Source: Blastocystis sp. ATCC 50177/Nand II
Taxonomy: Eukaryota
Assembly: GCA_039096935.1 (NCBI GenBank)
Contig: JBBPEE010000035.1
Location: forward strand, 682,001-746,000
Reading direction: 5' to 3'
Length of the DNA stretch: 64,000 bases
The first letter of the stretch is position 1. The number at the start of each line of letters is the position of its first letter. Positions 1-12,030 of this stretch are shown piece by piece. The notes under the pieces were generated by a model that was given only the letters and a program-made list of their open reading frames with translations, did no database searches and was not told where the DNA came from. The position numbers and the translations under genes were made by a program.

Positions 1-490
1 GAAGTGAGAATGATGAATAGATTTGCCTGAATTGACTTCCATTCAGTTTGGTAATAAGGCATTCTATTGTTGTTCTCGTGTTGCATTTGAGAGTGAGTTG
101 CTTGAAGTGAGAATGATGAATAGATTTGCCTGAATTGACTTCCATTCAACTTGGGTATAGTGCATTCCAATTCCAGAAAGATGATGACTCAACGGAATTG
201 AATATGCGAAGTGAATGATATGAAATGAAATAACAAATAGAATTGCCTAAACTCACCTCACTCACTACTACAAAATGCAGTGACACATTCCGCTATCCTC
301 GTTCCATTACATTTGACAGTAGTCCCTTCTTCCTTCTTTTCAACTAGATATTCCTTCTTTGGAGACAGTTACTCTTCCTAATGCCTTTAAACAAGTCAGG
401 AATGTCAACATTCACAGTGCAGCTTCATTCCCCGTATCACGTCTAGACACTCCATTTGCATTGCGGAAACATTTCATATTCAAGTCCTGT
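1..490 (+). CDS. 3' part of a leucine-rich-repeat protein, one repeat per exon (partial; 3' end uncertain)
   Basis: Removing ~30-nt GT-AG introns gives LPELTSIQFGNKAF.., LPELTSIQLGYSAF.., LPKLTSLTT.., IPSLETVTLPNAF..; the intron-exon unit at the window start is duplicated near 104-147. Confidence 0.7.
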
Positions 491-657
491 TGTTCCATTC
501 TTTCCCCTGTTTTCTCCACACACTTCCGTTTTTCTCTTTCTTACGAACCACAAATCCCCCCTTTTTCCCCAATCCCCATCTTCTCCAAATTGTGGGCTCC
601 CCCACCCACCCGTTTTTCCCCAAACTCTCTTCCTCTCCCCCTATTCACAAACACAAA

Positions 658-2439
658 ATGAGCTATATGATGGTACTACACATTTCTTCACTTCTCACAG
701 CGTAGCAACCCCAAATCATCCTATTGAAGGATGGAACAGACACAAGTCAAGGCCGTGGCCAACTGATCAGCAACATCAACGCCTGCGAAGCGGTGGCGGA
801 CGCTATTCGCTCTACGCTGGGTCCTCGCGGAATGGACAAGCTGGTGCAGACTACACAGAAGCCGGTGATTTCAAACGACGGTGCGAGCATTATGAAGCTG
901 CTGGACATTGTGCATCCCGCCGCCAAAACGTTAGTGGACATTGCGCAAGCGCAGGACGCCGAGGTGGGTGACGGAACGACCACCGTCGTGCTGCTGGCCG
1001 CGGAGATACTGAAGAACGCGAAGGAGTTCATCAACGAGGGAATGCACTCCCAGGTGATCATTCGCGGCATCCGCGCGGGTCTGAGGAAGGCTCTGGAGAC
1101 GCTCAACACAATCGCCGTGACCATTTCCGACTCCAACCCCGAGGAGAAGCGCAAGATGCTGGAGAAGGTGGCGGGAACGGCGCTGAACTCGAAGCTGATC
1201 CGCTCGCACAAGGAGTACTTCGCGCCGATGATCGTGGAGTCCGTGTGCATGCTGGACCAGGATCTCAATCTGGGTCTGGTGGGAATCAAGAAGGTGCCCG
1301 GAGGCAGCGTGACGGACTCGAAGCTGATCCGTGGCGTGGCCTTCGAGAAGACCTTCTCCTACGCGGGATTCGAGCAGCAGCCCAAGTACTTCAAGAACCC
1401 CAAGATTCTGCTGCTGAATCTGGAGCTGGAACTGAAGAGCGAGCGCGATAACGCGGAAGTACTCACTCCACTCATCCATCACGATTAGATCCGCATCTCG
1501 CCGGAAGAGTACCAGAGCATCGTGGACGCGGAGTGGAAGATCATCTACGGCAAGCTGGACGCGTGCATCGCGCTGGGCGCCAACATCGTCCTGTCGCGAT
1601 TGCCCATCGGCGATCTGGCCACACAGTACTTCGCCGATCGCGGCGTGTTCTGCGCCGGGCGCATCGCCGAGGACGACATCAAGCGCATCGAGAAGGCCAC
1701 GGGCGCCCGCATCCAGAGCACGGTGTACGGCGTGGACGCCAAGGTGTTGGGGACGTGCGGCGTGTTCGAGGAGGTCCAGGTGGGCAGCAAGCGCTACAAC
1801 CTGTTCACCGAGTGCCCCGCCGCCGAGACCGCGACCTTCATCCTGCGCGGCGGCGCGGAGCAGTTCCTGGAGGAGGCGGAGCGTTCGATCCATGGTGGGT
1901 GCGCGATGGAGATGTGATGGACAGATTCGCTGATGGTGACCAAGAAGTGCATCAACAGCAACCGCGTGGTGGGCGGCGGCGGCGCGGTGGAAATGGCGGT
2001 CAGTGCCGCGCTGACGGAGTACGCGCGCGGAATTAGCGGCAAGTTGCAGCTGGTGGTGATGGGTCTGGCACGCGCGCTGGAGGTGATTCCACGACAGCTG
2101 TGCGAGAACGCGGGCTTCACGTCGACGGAGATCATGAATCAGCTCCGACATGTGCACCACGAGAAGCAGTGCTGGATGGGCGTGGACATCGATAAAGAGG
2201 ACATTTGCGACACGCTGGAGAAGGGCGTATGGGAGCCCCTGGCGTCCAAGATCAATTCGCTGAGCTCGGCGTGCGAGGCGGCCTGCGCGATCCTCTCGGT
2301 GGACCAGACGGTGAAGAACCCCAAGAGCCAGCAGGCGCAGCTCGAGGCGCAGCCCCCCAAATTGAACATGGGCGCCATGGGCGGCAGGCCGATGAACATG
2401 AACGGAATGAAGGTGCTGAAGGGCAGAGGAGGCAAGTAG
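658..2439 (+). CDS. CCT7: T-complex protein 1 subunit eta (CCT chaperonin), 3 short introns
   Basis: [51 protein letters not shown]. Confidence 0.95.
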
Positions 2440-2523
2440 TTGCTTCCCCTTTCTCATTCGCGTGTTTGTTGAAAATCAGGAGGGTTTTTGGATCCTCTTC
2501 TTCCAAAGAAAGACTCTTTCAAT

Positions 2524-3949
2524 ATGCTTGCATCGCGTCTTACGAGATTTTCAGCTCGCCGTGTATACTCCCTGGTGTCGGCTCGGAGTATCGGCGACAG
2601 TTCTGCCAGTCTTCATCTCCTCTTTGCCGCTGATCGCGTAGAATACGCTCTCTACGGATGGGGCAGCTCGATGAGAGGACTGGGAGAGCACCTGAGAAGC
2701 AAGGACAAGCGTCTTCCCAAGCCGGTACTCGATTTTGACCAGCCGATTCGTTCTCTCGCTGTTGGAAGTGAGCACTGTGCTGTGGCAACGGGTAGTACTC
2801 CGTTTTCGCTTTTAGAATAGAGGACGGACACGTGTATACGTGGGGAAAGAATGGTTCCTACGAATGCGGTCTGGGCCACGGCGACGATGTTTCCGCTCTT
2901 TTCGGCACTCATTCCTAGGTGGATAACCCGACGCTGGTTTCCACGCTGGAGGGGTTCCCTATCAAGCAGGTCGTCTGCGGCTACAACCACACGGCTGCGC
3001 TCAGCGACGAGGGCTACGTGTTCACCTGGGGTTCGGGAGGCACCATGTTCAATGCGGGCGCACTGGGCCACGGAGACAAGGAGCACCAGGCGACGCCCGT
3101 GGTGGTGGACTACCTCTACGACAACGGCATCAAGATCAAGAAGCTGTGCAGCGGCTGCCATTTCATGCTGGCCTTGGCGGAGAACGGCGATCTCTACTCC
3201 TGGGGCCGCGGCGAATACGTCCTTCCTTGTTTGGACGCGTGATTGCATAGGGCGCCTTGGCAACGATGAGTAGCCGCGATGAATTGTCTCCGAAGAAGGC
3301 GGACCTTTCCTCGCTGTGCGGCAAGATTGTGGACGTTGCGGCGGGCCACACGTCGTGCATGCTGCTGAACGAGGACAACACGGTGTTCAGCTGGGGTCGC
3401 GATGACGATTCGCAATTGGGCCACGGCCAGGGCCTGAGTCTGGATTCCTACGCGATCGACACGACGCCGACGCCGGTGAAGCTGCCGGAGGACGAGAAGG
3501 TGGTGAAGATGGCGGCGGGCTATGGCAGCAGCTGCGTGCTGTGCGAGTCGGGCAACGTGTACTGGTGGGGAATGAAGTAGCGAAGAGAGAGGGGCGTGAG
3601 GGCTAGACTGCACATGGAGCCGTACCAGGAGGTGATCATGCGCAAGCGGGAGAATGAGGAGAACTCGCATCTGGTGAAGATTGTGGAGGTGTCGTGCGGC
3701 GGACATATGATTGACGCCATCTCGGGTGGGTGTGGGGCGTGGGTGTAAGCGGTAGACGAGGGCCTTCTGTACACCTGGGGTGACGTGCGGAAGCAGCCCT
3801 ACGGCGTGCCGAGCGCGCTGGCAGCGACGGAGGTGGCGACGCTGACGTCGGTGGGAAAGGTGTATGGGTAGGAGAGAGGAGGAGCGGTGAGGTGTAGCGT
3901 GGCTGCGGGCCAGACCATGGTGCTCGCTGCGGTGGAGCTGAAGCAGTAG
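2524..3949 (+). CDS. RCC1-repeat protein with a presequence-like Arg/Ser-rich N-terminus (RCC1L-like)
   Basis: Repeated VVCGYNHTAAL / VFTWG / LGHG RCC1 blades; N-terminus MLASRLTRFSARRVYS. Confidence 0.8.
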
Positions 3950-4101
3950 TGTGTTTTTATGGTTGTGTTTGTTGTGCTATGCGGTGAATGGGAGATTGAA
4001 CGCAGTGATGATTCACAATGAGTGTGCTTGGTGTAGCAACTCAGCAGTAAGCATACCCTTGAAGGCATTCCCTACTCTGTGCAACAAAGAACGAGAAACA
4101 G

Positions 4102-4575
4102 TTAGAAATCATCGTCAATGTCGTCGTCGTCATCATCAAAGTTCTTCGTGCGCTTAATCTATCTGTCACACACTCTGCATGCTACCACCGTGACCGTCGT
4201 GTGCGCCGCAGTGTCCATGCCCTCCAAAATCGCCTTCACCTGCGCATCGGTAACCTACACCGTAATCATGCTCCACAGAAATAGACAGTGCCGATGTTGC
4301 CTTGCTGGGCGAGAACGATGATACGATCCTCAATGGAACGCGCCTTCGCCGGATCCACCAGGGCAATTCTTCCAACTACGTATAACGACAGTGACGGGAA
4401 GGATACGTCTAGCACGGGCTTCCGTGTCGATGAGGGAGTGAAGCAGCTTCTTTCTCGCTTCTTCCTGCGCCCTAGAACGTAAATAGATGGGTGAGACGAA
4501 GACTGCTGCTGCTCCTTCGCCTGCTGCTGATTCTGCATTCCAGCCATCTACGCCGTCACTGCACGTATCCTTCAT
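4102..4575 (-). CDS. PDCD5: Programmed cell death protein 5 homolog
   Basis: Spliced: AQEEARKKLLHSLIDTEARARLGRIALVDPAKARSIED...IKRTKNFDDDDDDIDDDF*. Confidence 0.85.
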
Positions 4576-4717
4576 TCACTTGTGAGCTCTATGCTTGATA
4601 CCACAAAACTGCAACATACCATCCTTGTTGTCTTCTGCAGAAAAAGAAATCTGCAAACGCCTCTCGAAAACAAACAGAGCACAACGCGATGATAACATAA
4701 AAGTGCAAAAGATAAAA

Positions 4718-5739
4718 CTAGGCAAGAATCGGATTCATCGGTGTGGCACCCCTGATGGTTTGGTAATGCTCGGGGTATTCCTCCACATACTCCCTCCACA
4801 GCATCTCCACCAAGTCGGTCACCTCCGCTTCGCTCACTTGCATCCACTCCGAGTAGCACTCCTCCCACACGGGCCTAATCGTCACTTCCCTCTCCTACAC
4901 TCACTTCACTTGGAGTGCCTTCCTCGTGGTGACGAAGCAGACAGCAGCAAGGAGTGAGGGACGGTATTGCCGGTACTTGTAATGCAGAGAAAGATGATCG
5001 CAGAAAAAGGAGCAAAACGAAACGAAATAGGCGCGGTCGAATGGAATGGTCTTTGTCTGTGGGAAGCAGGGGCTCATTAGGAAGGGGAACATGGCGTCAG
5101 AGCAGTAGATGGACAAGAAATGCATCACGGTAATGCACTCCAGTTGCCAATTCAGCCTAGAATCAAGACAGCAGAGAAGCCGTACGCCAGGAGAATGTCC
5201 TCCTCCATCGTCACTACGTCCTCCATGCGCACCCCGCACTCTGGATAGGAGGAAAGCATCTCGTCGAGCGAGGGAAGGCTGTCCGTGCACTCCTCGTACC
5301 GCATCGCAATGACCATGCACATCAGAGCGTAGGCGTTGACTCGGCGACAGTCGATGGGCACCTTCTCCACGAAGCGGCAAAAGTACCTTTCGGTAAGGGA
5401 AATCAGCAGGGGCTACGAGAGCGCAGCGAGCTTTGTTTGCAGAGGCAGCTTGTATCGCTCAGCCATGCTTGAAAGGATGGTGTGCACGGTGTCGAAGAAC
5501 AGCGTGTAGTCCATTTCGGGATGGTACGACATCGTTCTCACCTCCCTCTTCTTCATGACGCGCAGGAGGGGAAGCACATCGATTCCCGCCGCTTTACACC
5601 TGGAAGAAAGCTACGCGTGACTAACAAAGCAGAGTTCTGCCTCTTCTTGCTGATTTTGCACCTGCTGACGGGCATCTGGAGTGGGAGGCAGCACTTCGTC
5701 CGATTTCAAAAAGGCATCGTCTTCTGGAGTGGTCGCCAT
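4718..5739 (-). CDS. Divergent cyclin (cyclin-box protein)
   Basis: YKLPLQTKLAAL..YFCRF...AYALMCMVIAMRYEE...VVTMEEDILLAYGF cyclin-box pattern; ends approximate. Confidence 0.65.
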
Positions 5740-5866
5740 TGCAGAATCACAGCACGTTCCGCAAGGACTTGCCCTTTTGATTTGAAAAGACGTGTGGGAT
5801 GCCCCCACAATTCGAGTGATCGTCCTCCTCAAACTGAAACGCCAATGCAACAAACAGCCCGACGCC

Positions 5867-8800
5867 TTACCCCTGAACCATCTGCTTTCTCCGAATGTAC
5901 TCCTTTCCGAAGGCGATCACCTCGTTCGAGGACCCGAGGTAGTCCTGTAGGCACATCATCACCTGCGAATCGTCCAGGTCGAAGCAGAAGTCCAGCAGCG
6001 AGATGTCGTCGCTTCCCGAGAGCCTCATCATCTCCTTCTTGCTCCACTCGTTCAGCTCCTCACGCGTGATCGCTCGCACACTGCCCTTCTTCTCCATCTT
6101 CTTCTCCGCCTTCTTCGCGCTCTCCGCCTTCTTCTTCGCGATGTCCCAGAAGGACAGGTCCTCCTTCGCCTCCTTCTTCTTCTTCTCCGCGCCCTTCGCG
6201 CCCGCCACGCCCTTCGCGCCCAGCTGTGGCAGCGACGACGAGGCAAACAGACTGTTCCATCTACGCCTCAGCCCGCGTCACCTCGCCCACCCGCCCGACG
6301 TGTTGAACTCCGCCTCCTTCGCCTTCGCGCGCTTCTTCTCCAGCTCCTCCTCCTGGATCTCCTTTATGCTCTTGCACTTCGGAGCCGCCGCTGCCGGCCG
6401 CGCGCGCGTCACCGCCGGACTCGCCAGGTTCACCGGCTTCCACTCCTTCTTCTTCTTCTTCTCTCCCTCACTCTTCTTCTTCTCTCCCTCGCTCTTCTTC
6501 TCTCTCTCCTCGGTCTTCTTCTCCTTCTCTCCCTCGGTCTTCTTCTCCTTCTTCTCCTCGCTCTTCTTTTCCTTCTCCTCCTCGCTCCGTCGCTCATGCT
6601 CCATCGTCAGCGTCTGCGACTGCTTCAGCAGCTCCTCCAACGGCACGGCCTTTGTCGCCGGCATCACCCTCCACGTCTTCTTTGGCTCCGCCTCCTGTGC
6701 CTCCAGCGCAATCCCGATGCGGTTCACATACCCCGTGGTCGCCACGGGCGCACGGCGCGGGGCGGTCGGCTCCACGGCACTGCCGATGCGCGTCAGATAG
6801 TCCGACGCAGGCACCGCCGGCTTGCTGCCCAGCTGTTTCTTCGTCCACGGGGAGATCGCAGGCGCTTTGGGCTTCGGCGGCTCCACCACCGGCTCCGGCT
6901 CAACGGAGGGTTGCGTGGGGTGCTCAACGGAGGGTTGAGGAGTGGGCGTGACGCGTGTGGCGTCCTGAGAAGAGAGCGCGGGGATCTTCGACGAGATGGG
7001 CGCGACAGGCGTGGCGACCACGGCGGAATCTTCCGTCTCTTCCGCCTCGATGCTCTGCTCCTGCAGGGACAGCGCCGCCTCCAGCGAGATGGCTCCCGCG
7101 GGGGGATGGATGGTTTTGGCGGGCTCTGCCGGGGCCTCCTCCGCCACGGCGGGTCGGCGGTACACGTTGGCGGGGTCCAGCAGCGAGCTGTGGTTCTTCA
7201 CCGCCCGCGCCACCGTCTTCGGCGTCTTCTTCCCAGCTGAAGCTGCCTGTGTTGCCTGTGTTGTCTGCGTTGTCTGACTCGTTTGACCCTTCTGAGTCAT
7301 CTGACCTGTCTGACCCGTTTGACCCTTCTGACCCTTCTGAGTCATCTGACCCGTCTGATCAGGCTGTGCCGGCAGCACGGGCTGAGCGGCAGGGTCGGGC
7401 AGCACGTCCTCCACGAAGGCCATTCGGTTGTCGCCGAAGTAAAGTAGTGGCACAAACCCCTGAAATGGCACAAACCCCGGAACGACCTCTTAGTTCTTTT
7501 TCACCAATTTTCATGTGGATAGGTATTAGTGTAAGAAACATGTTTATTCAATCAAATGTTCTAGAATCTTCCAGAATCTTCCAAAACGAATAACAGAAAT
7601 CATTACCTTTTTGGCCAATCTTCATTATTTCTTTGAGATGAACCGCGTGTTTGCAAGGAGTGAAGTGAGGAATCAAACCTCACCCAGAAAGAAGTTCAGC
7701 GCCATCAAACGGCTGAGCGGCGATGTGAATTGCGATGATGTCGATTCCAATCAACTTCTTCAGAAGAAACTGAAACTCTCCAAATCATCCTACTATAGTG
7801 CAGTGAATGCGATGAAAGAGGGGAGGGAGGTTGGGCGCAACGGGAGACCACCCTATCTTCGAGATGTGGAAAAGGTCGAATTTTGGGACTGGGTGGAGTG
7901 CAAGTCCCATGAGGGTAATTGTGCAACTATGAAGGAGATGCGCGAGTATGTTACGGACATTGTCCGGGCCAAACGCCCCGCCGTTTTGCATAACCGGAGA
8001 TTGGTGTCCAGAGGGTACATTCGCAAAATCTTGGGGGAGGGGGGGCTTTTGCTGGATAAGTGTTGCAATTCCTATACTACTAAGAAACTACTATCCATTG
8101 ATGAGGCGAGCGAGTTCTTCGCTCTCGTGGGTAAGGTTCTGAAAGAGTACGGAATTACACCTGATCTTGTTTTCAATTTTGACGAATCGTGGATCTCGCC
8201 CCAGGACAAGGCGCCGCGCTGTAAAGTAGCTCATGCCCGTGGGGATATCCCTACCAAGAAGCAGGGCAATCCGAGAGAGCACTATACTCTGGTAGGCTGT
8301 ATCTCGGGGGCGGGTCTGGCATTACCCGAGTATTACATTATCCCTCCCAGAAAGCGCCTCGCGCCGATTCTGGAGAAGATTCATTTGGATAATAACTACA
8401 TTGCCCAGTCCGCGAAGGGTTGGATGAGCAATGAGAGCTTAGCTCGGTGGATGCGCGATCTGCTGATTCCCGCGGTAAATCAGATCAGAGGCAACAACAA
8501 GGATAGACATGCCCTGATAATAGCAGATGCGCACGCAAGTCGGTATGACAAGGCTGTGGAGCGAGCTTTAAGAAGTGAAAACATCCATATGGTCATCCTG
8601 CCTGCGAAGACCACTGCTCTCCTCCAACCCCTGGACGTGGGGATCTATAGTCCCTATAAGACCCACCTCAAGGAGTACTGCAAGAGCAACGGGATAGAAG
8701 CCGTGCTCGATGCTTCTAGAAACGCCTTTTCGGATGCCTTCACAAGAAGCAACATCCTGCAGGCCTGGAAGCGAACGACACTGCTTTCTGATGACCACTC

Positions 8801-10510
8801 CTCCATCCTAGCTCAGCTGCCGGAGAAGAACGAAGAACGCCGCAATTGCCGGAAATCGCGATTGACGGGAGTGAAGCTGTTCTGAGCCTGGCCAAATTCG
8901 GTGTGATAGTGTTTTGTTGTAAACACAAAGAAAATGCAAAAGGGTTTGAAGAAATAGGCCTTGTGGGGGAGAAATGACGAAAGATACGGTCGACCAATGA
9001 GATTTGAGGACCGTTTTTCTCCAGATTCTTCCATAGGAGCTCTTGACTATCTATGGCTTAACCCTAATAACTCTTCATGTACTATCCATTGGGCAGGGTA
9101 GTGGGCGTTTCGCCGGTGGTCGTTCCGGGGTTTGTGCCATTTCAGGGGTTTGTGCCACTACTTTACTGCTGCACCGTGCGCCACGCGCCGCCCTCCACGC
9201 GTACCGACGTGCGCCGCGTCACAAACCGGCTGTCGTAGAACGCGCGCATCACGTGCGCCGCGAACGGCCCGTGCTCCACACCGCGCGAGTCCCTGAAGAA
9301 CCACTTCTCCTCTGGCGCGTCGGGCCGCGCGTCCGCCGCCGCCAGCAACTTCTCCGCCTCCAGCTGGAAGAGCGAGAAGCCCTTGATGCCCGCCACGTCG
9401 CGCAGCACGAAGCCCTCGTCCGCCCCCTTGAAGAAGAAGGCGGAGCGCGCGCTCACCGCCGGCCGCTCCGCTACGAAGGTCGCCAGCTCCGGGGAGAACT
9501 CCTCCTTCTGCGCGAACGGCGCGTTCGACTTGTGCAGGCGACGCTGGCGCGCCTCCGCGAGCACCTGCTGCTCCTTGCGCGTCTGCAGCTCGGCGCGGCG
9601 GCGCTGGCGCTCGTCAATGCGCTTCTTTTCGTCGCCGAGGGACTGGAACAGCGCCTTGCCGCTGTCGGAGTTGATGAAGGCGAGCATCTGAGCCTCTATC
9701 CACTCCTTCTGCTCCTCCCTCGTCATCGGCTTCTTTTCTTCTTCCTTCACTTCGTCTTCCTTTTTCTCTTCTTCCTCCTTCACATCTTCCTCCTTCACAT
9801 CTTCCTCCTTCACATCTTCCTCCTTCACATCTTCCTCCTTAGGAATCACTTCTTCAGGAATCACCTCCATCTTCGCCTCCTTTAGCTTCCTCTTCTCTTC
9901 CCTCGCATTCTCGCGAAGAAGAATCTCCTCCTCCTCCTTCTCCAACTCTTCCGGCGTCTTATCCTTGCGAATCTCTTCACTCAACTCGTCCTCCTCCTTC
10001 ACCTCCTCCAGAGTCTCCATCTTCTTCTTCTCAAATCGAGGATGCTCCCGACGAGGGTGGGTCTGAATACAGCGACTCCACGCCTTGTTGATCTGTGCAT
10101 GAAGAGAAGCAACAAGCAGCACCTCCTCCTCCGGAAGGGGTTGCAGACACCACGGACGAATTGGAGCTTCGTTTATCTTCGCATAACCACCTCGCGAGAA
10201 TTCAACGTGATCAAATCCTTGGAGACGCTCATCAATCTCCGTAGGCTGGTAACACTCCAGCAATTCCTCGAAGGTGTAGCGAATGGCTACGACTCACGCC
10301 CTCCCGACACCTCCATACCCGGTCGCTCTACAACCTTCTCAGCCACAAACGGACTCGAGGACGGAGCCTTGTAGTCGCGTTGCCGCCAATTTGAGTTGTT
10401 CTTCCCTTTGTAGTTTTGCTTTTCGTTCTTCTTGCGGCCCTACGTGTGAGTTACAAAATAGAGAGGAGTACATAACTAACGCTCTTATAGCTGCTGCGTT
10501 TCTCGCTCAT
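5867..10510 (-). CDS. GIGYF/Smy2-like GYF-domain protein, interrupted by a pogo transposon at 7442-9163
   Basis: N-terminal RYTFEELLECY (eIF4E/4EHP-binding-like motif); GYF-like WFFRDSRGVEHGPF; C-terminal EWSKKEM..LLDFCF..LQDYLGSSNEVIAFGKEYIRRK; removing the element plus one TA restores the frame WRTVQQYFGDNR. Confidence 0.8.
7442..9163 (+). mobile_element. pogo-family (IS630/Tc1/mariner group) DNA transposon, 1722 bp, apparently intact
   Basis: Perfect 46-bp TIRs at 7442-7487 and 9118-9163 (AAGTAGTGGCACAAACCCCTGAAATGGCACAAACCCCGGAACGACC); TA duplicated at 7440-7441 and 9164-9165; internal DDE_1 transposase. Confidence 0.95.
7638..8885 (+). CDS. pogo/CENP-B-like DDE_1 transposase (DD35D), intronless
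   Basis: GRPPYL HTH region; VFNFDESW; KGWMS; LIIADAHASR; LPAKTTALLQPLDVG. Confidence 0.92.
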   Translation: MNRVFARSEVRNQTSPRKKFSAIKRLSGDVNCDDVDSNQLLQKKLKLSKSSYYSAVNAMKEGREVGRNGRPPYLRDVEKVEFWDWVECKSHEGNCATMKEMREYVTDIVRAKRPAVLHNRRLVSRGYIRKILGEGGLLLDKCCNSYTTKKLLSIDEASEFFALVGKVLKEYGITPDLVFNFDESWISPQDKAPRCKVAHARGDIPTKKQGNPREHYTLVGCISGAGLALPEYYIIPPRKRLAPILEKIHLDNNYIAQSAKGWMSNESLARWMRDLLIPAVNQIRGNNKDRHALIIADAHASRYDKAVERALRSENIHMVILPAKTTALLQPLDVGIYSPYKTHLKEYCKSNGIEAVLDASRNAFSDAFTRSNILQAWKRTTLLSDDHSSILAQLPEKNEERRNCRKSRLTGVKLF

Positions 10511-10696
10511 CACTCAACAGACTCTGTTCTTGTCGTTATCACAAGGAATCAAACGCAAACCCAAGTGGACAAGGTTGAATAACAAGCCTAACACCGTATT
10601 TCTGGCGAACAAGGAACACGTGGACTCAAATACTTGGGATGGGAGACACGACGCATATACCGTTTCTCACTTGCTTTGAATATAACAAACACAACC

Positions 10697-12000
10697 ACTT
10701 CGTTTCCACCTCCATTCCGTCGCCACTCGGAATTGCATCCAGCGGTTTGATGCTCTACAAAGTGAGAAAGCAACATTGCTCCAACGGTGCTCTCGATCAG
10801 TTTCGTGGTGACCTTCTTTCCATTGATCTCGAGAGTGAGCGTGCCATTCACGAGGTCGATCACTGCCTTGTATAACTTCAAGAAGTCCAGACCCAAGAGA
10901 CACACGCCCGCAAACTCATCCTGAGGCATGACTAGGATTCAAGGGGAATGAATAGACAAACCCTGGCATGTGGTGGCGAAGTACTCTCCCTCAATGCAAA
11001 TGTCGAACGCGTTGATGTTGCCAACGGAAGTGTTCTTGCCAATGCCGCGCATTTCCACCTTCATCTTCTCGTCAAGCACGCGAACGACGGAGGTGGCTTG
11101 TGCTGTGTCCAAATCCAGGATTGTCCGCTGCGCTCCCGTGTCCACCACGAAATTCACCTGCACCTACAGTTGAACTGCTTTTGATGGCGCTACGCCGTTG
11201 ATCTTCGTGGGCACATAAATGTGGGCGATCTTCACGGGGACAGACACGGCATTGGCTCTGGAGATGTTGTGTTTCTGGATTTGCTACGCTGACAGGGAGA
11301 GAGAAGGAGAAACCTGGAGAATCTTCTGCTGCATTTCGGGCGACTCCTCCTCCATCGAGTCCATCTCACCCATGGGCTCTTCCTACGACTTACTATGTCT
11401 CCGTTTGGTTTACTCCCATATCGTCTTCGTGCTCGATGCATGCGTTAATCATTGCTTCCAGGATGGCTCTACAAATCAGGGTCAAAAGGAGTGCATGCTT
11501 GATCAGTTCGTCCTTCTTGTTTTCCACAATGAGCGGCTCCAACATCGGCATGATCGCCTTCACCTACGCTTCAGTGGCAAAAACAGAAACAACAGCCGCT
11601 TGGAACCCTGGACTCGTGCGATATAGTTCTGCATACTGTTCCACTGGATGGTCCATGAGCAGGCGCTGATACTCCATCATTTGCTCTATTCTTCACCCCT
11701 CCTTGCGAAAAACACACGGTGCGACTTGGATTCGACAGTGATGACGTCGTTCTCATGAATGTTAAGGGAGGAGATCTGCATATGAGAAGAGAAAGCCATT
11801 TCGACCAGATCGTTGTCGTTCATCTCCTTTTCGCAGAAAATCAGTTTCTGGTCACTCACAGGGAGAGAGTACTATGCAATGAGAGGAAGAAACGCGGCCT
11901 GAACCGTTTTCGATATGTGCTTCTTGATATCCATCACCGTTGTGCAGGTGCTGATGTTGAAGGGGATGAGTTCAAAGTCGAGATAGAGTTGGACCAACAT
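10697..12000 (-). CDS. DDI1: DDI1-like protein (UBL plus retroviral-type aspartic protease); stop probably created by polyadenylation
   Basis: AHIYVPTKING; FVVDTGAQRTI; LLGLDFLKLYKAVIDL; ends GMEVETK+T, 5 nt before TGTTTGTT. Confidence 0.82.
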
Positions 12001-12030
12001 TGTCAAAGAGTGCTTTGAAAGAAACATCCG

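Noticed and set aside
931..2457. Long antisense ORFs (e.g. 508 aa here, 537 aa at 31569-33182, 424 aa at 22992-24266)
   Set aside because: Shadows of GC3-rich sense genes; no recognisable domains
10939..11163. Retrotransposon protease (DTGA motif)
   Set aside because: Part of the intron-containing DDI1 gene with an N-terminal UBL; no RT, integrase or LTRs
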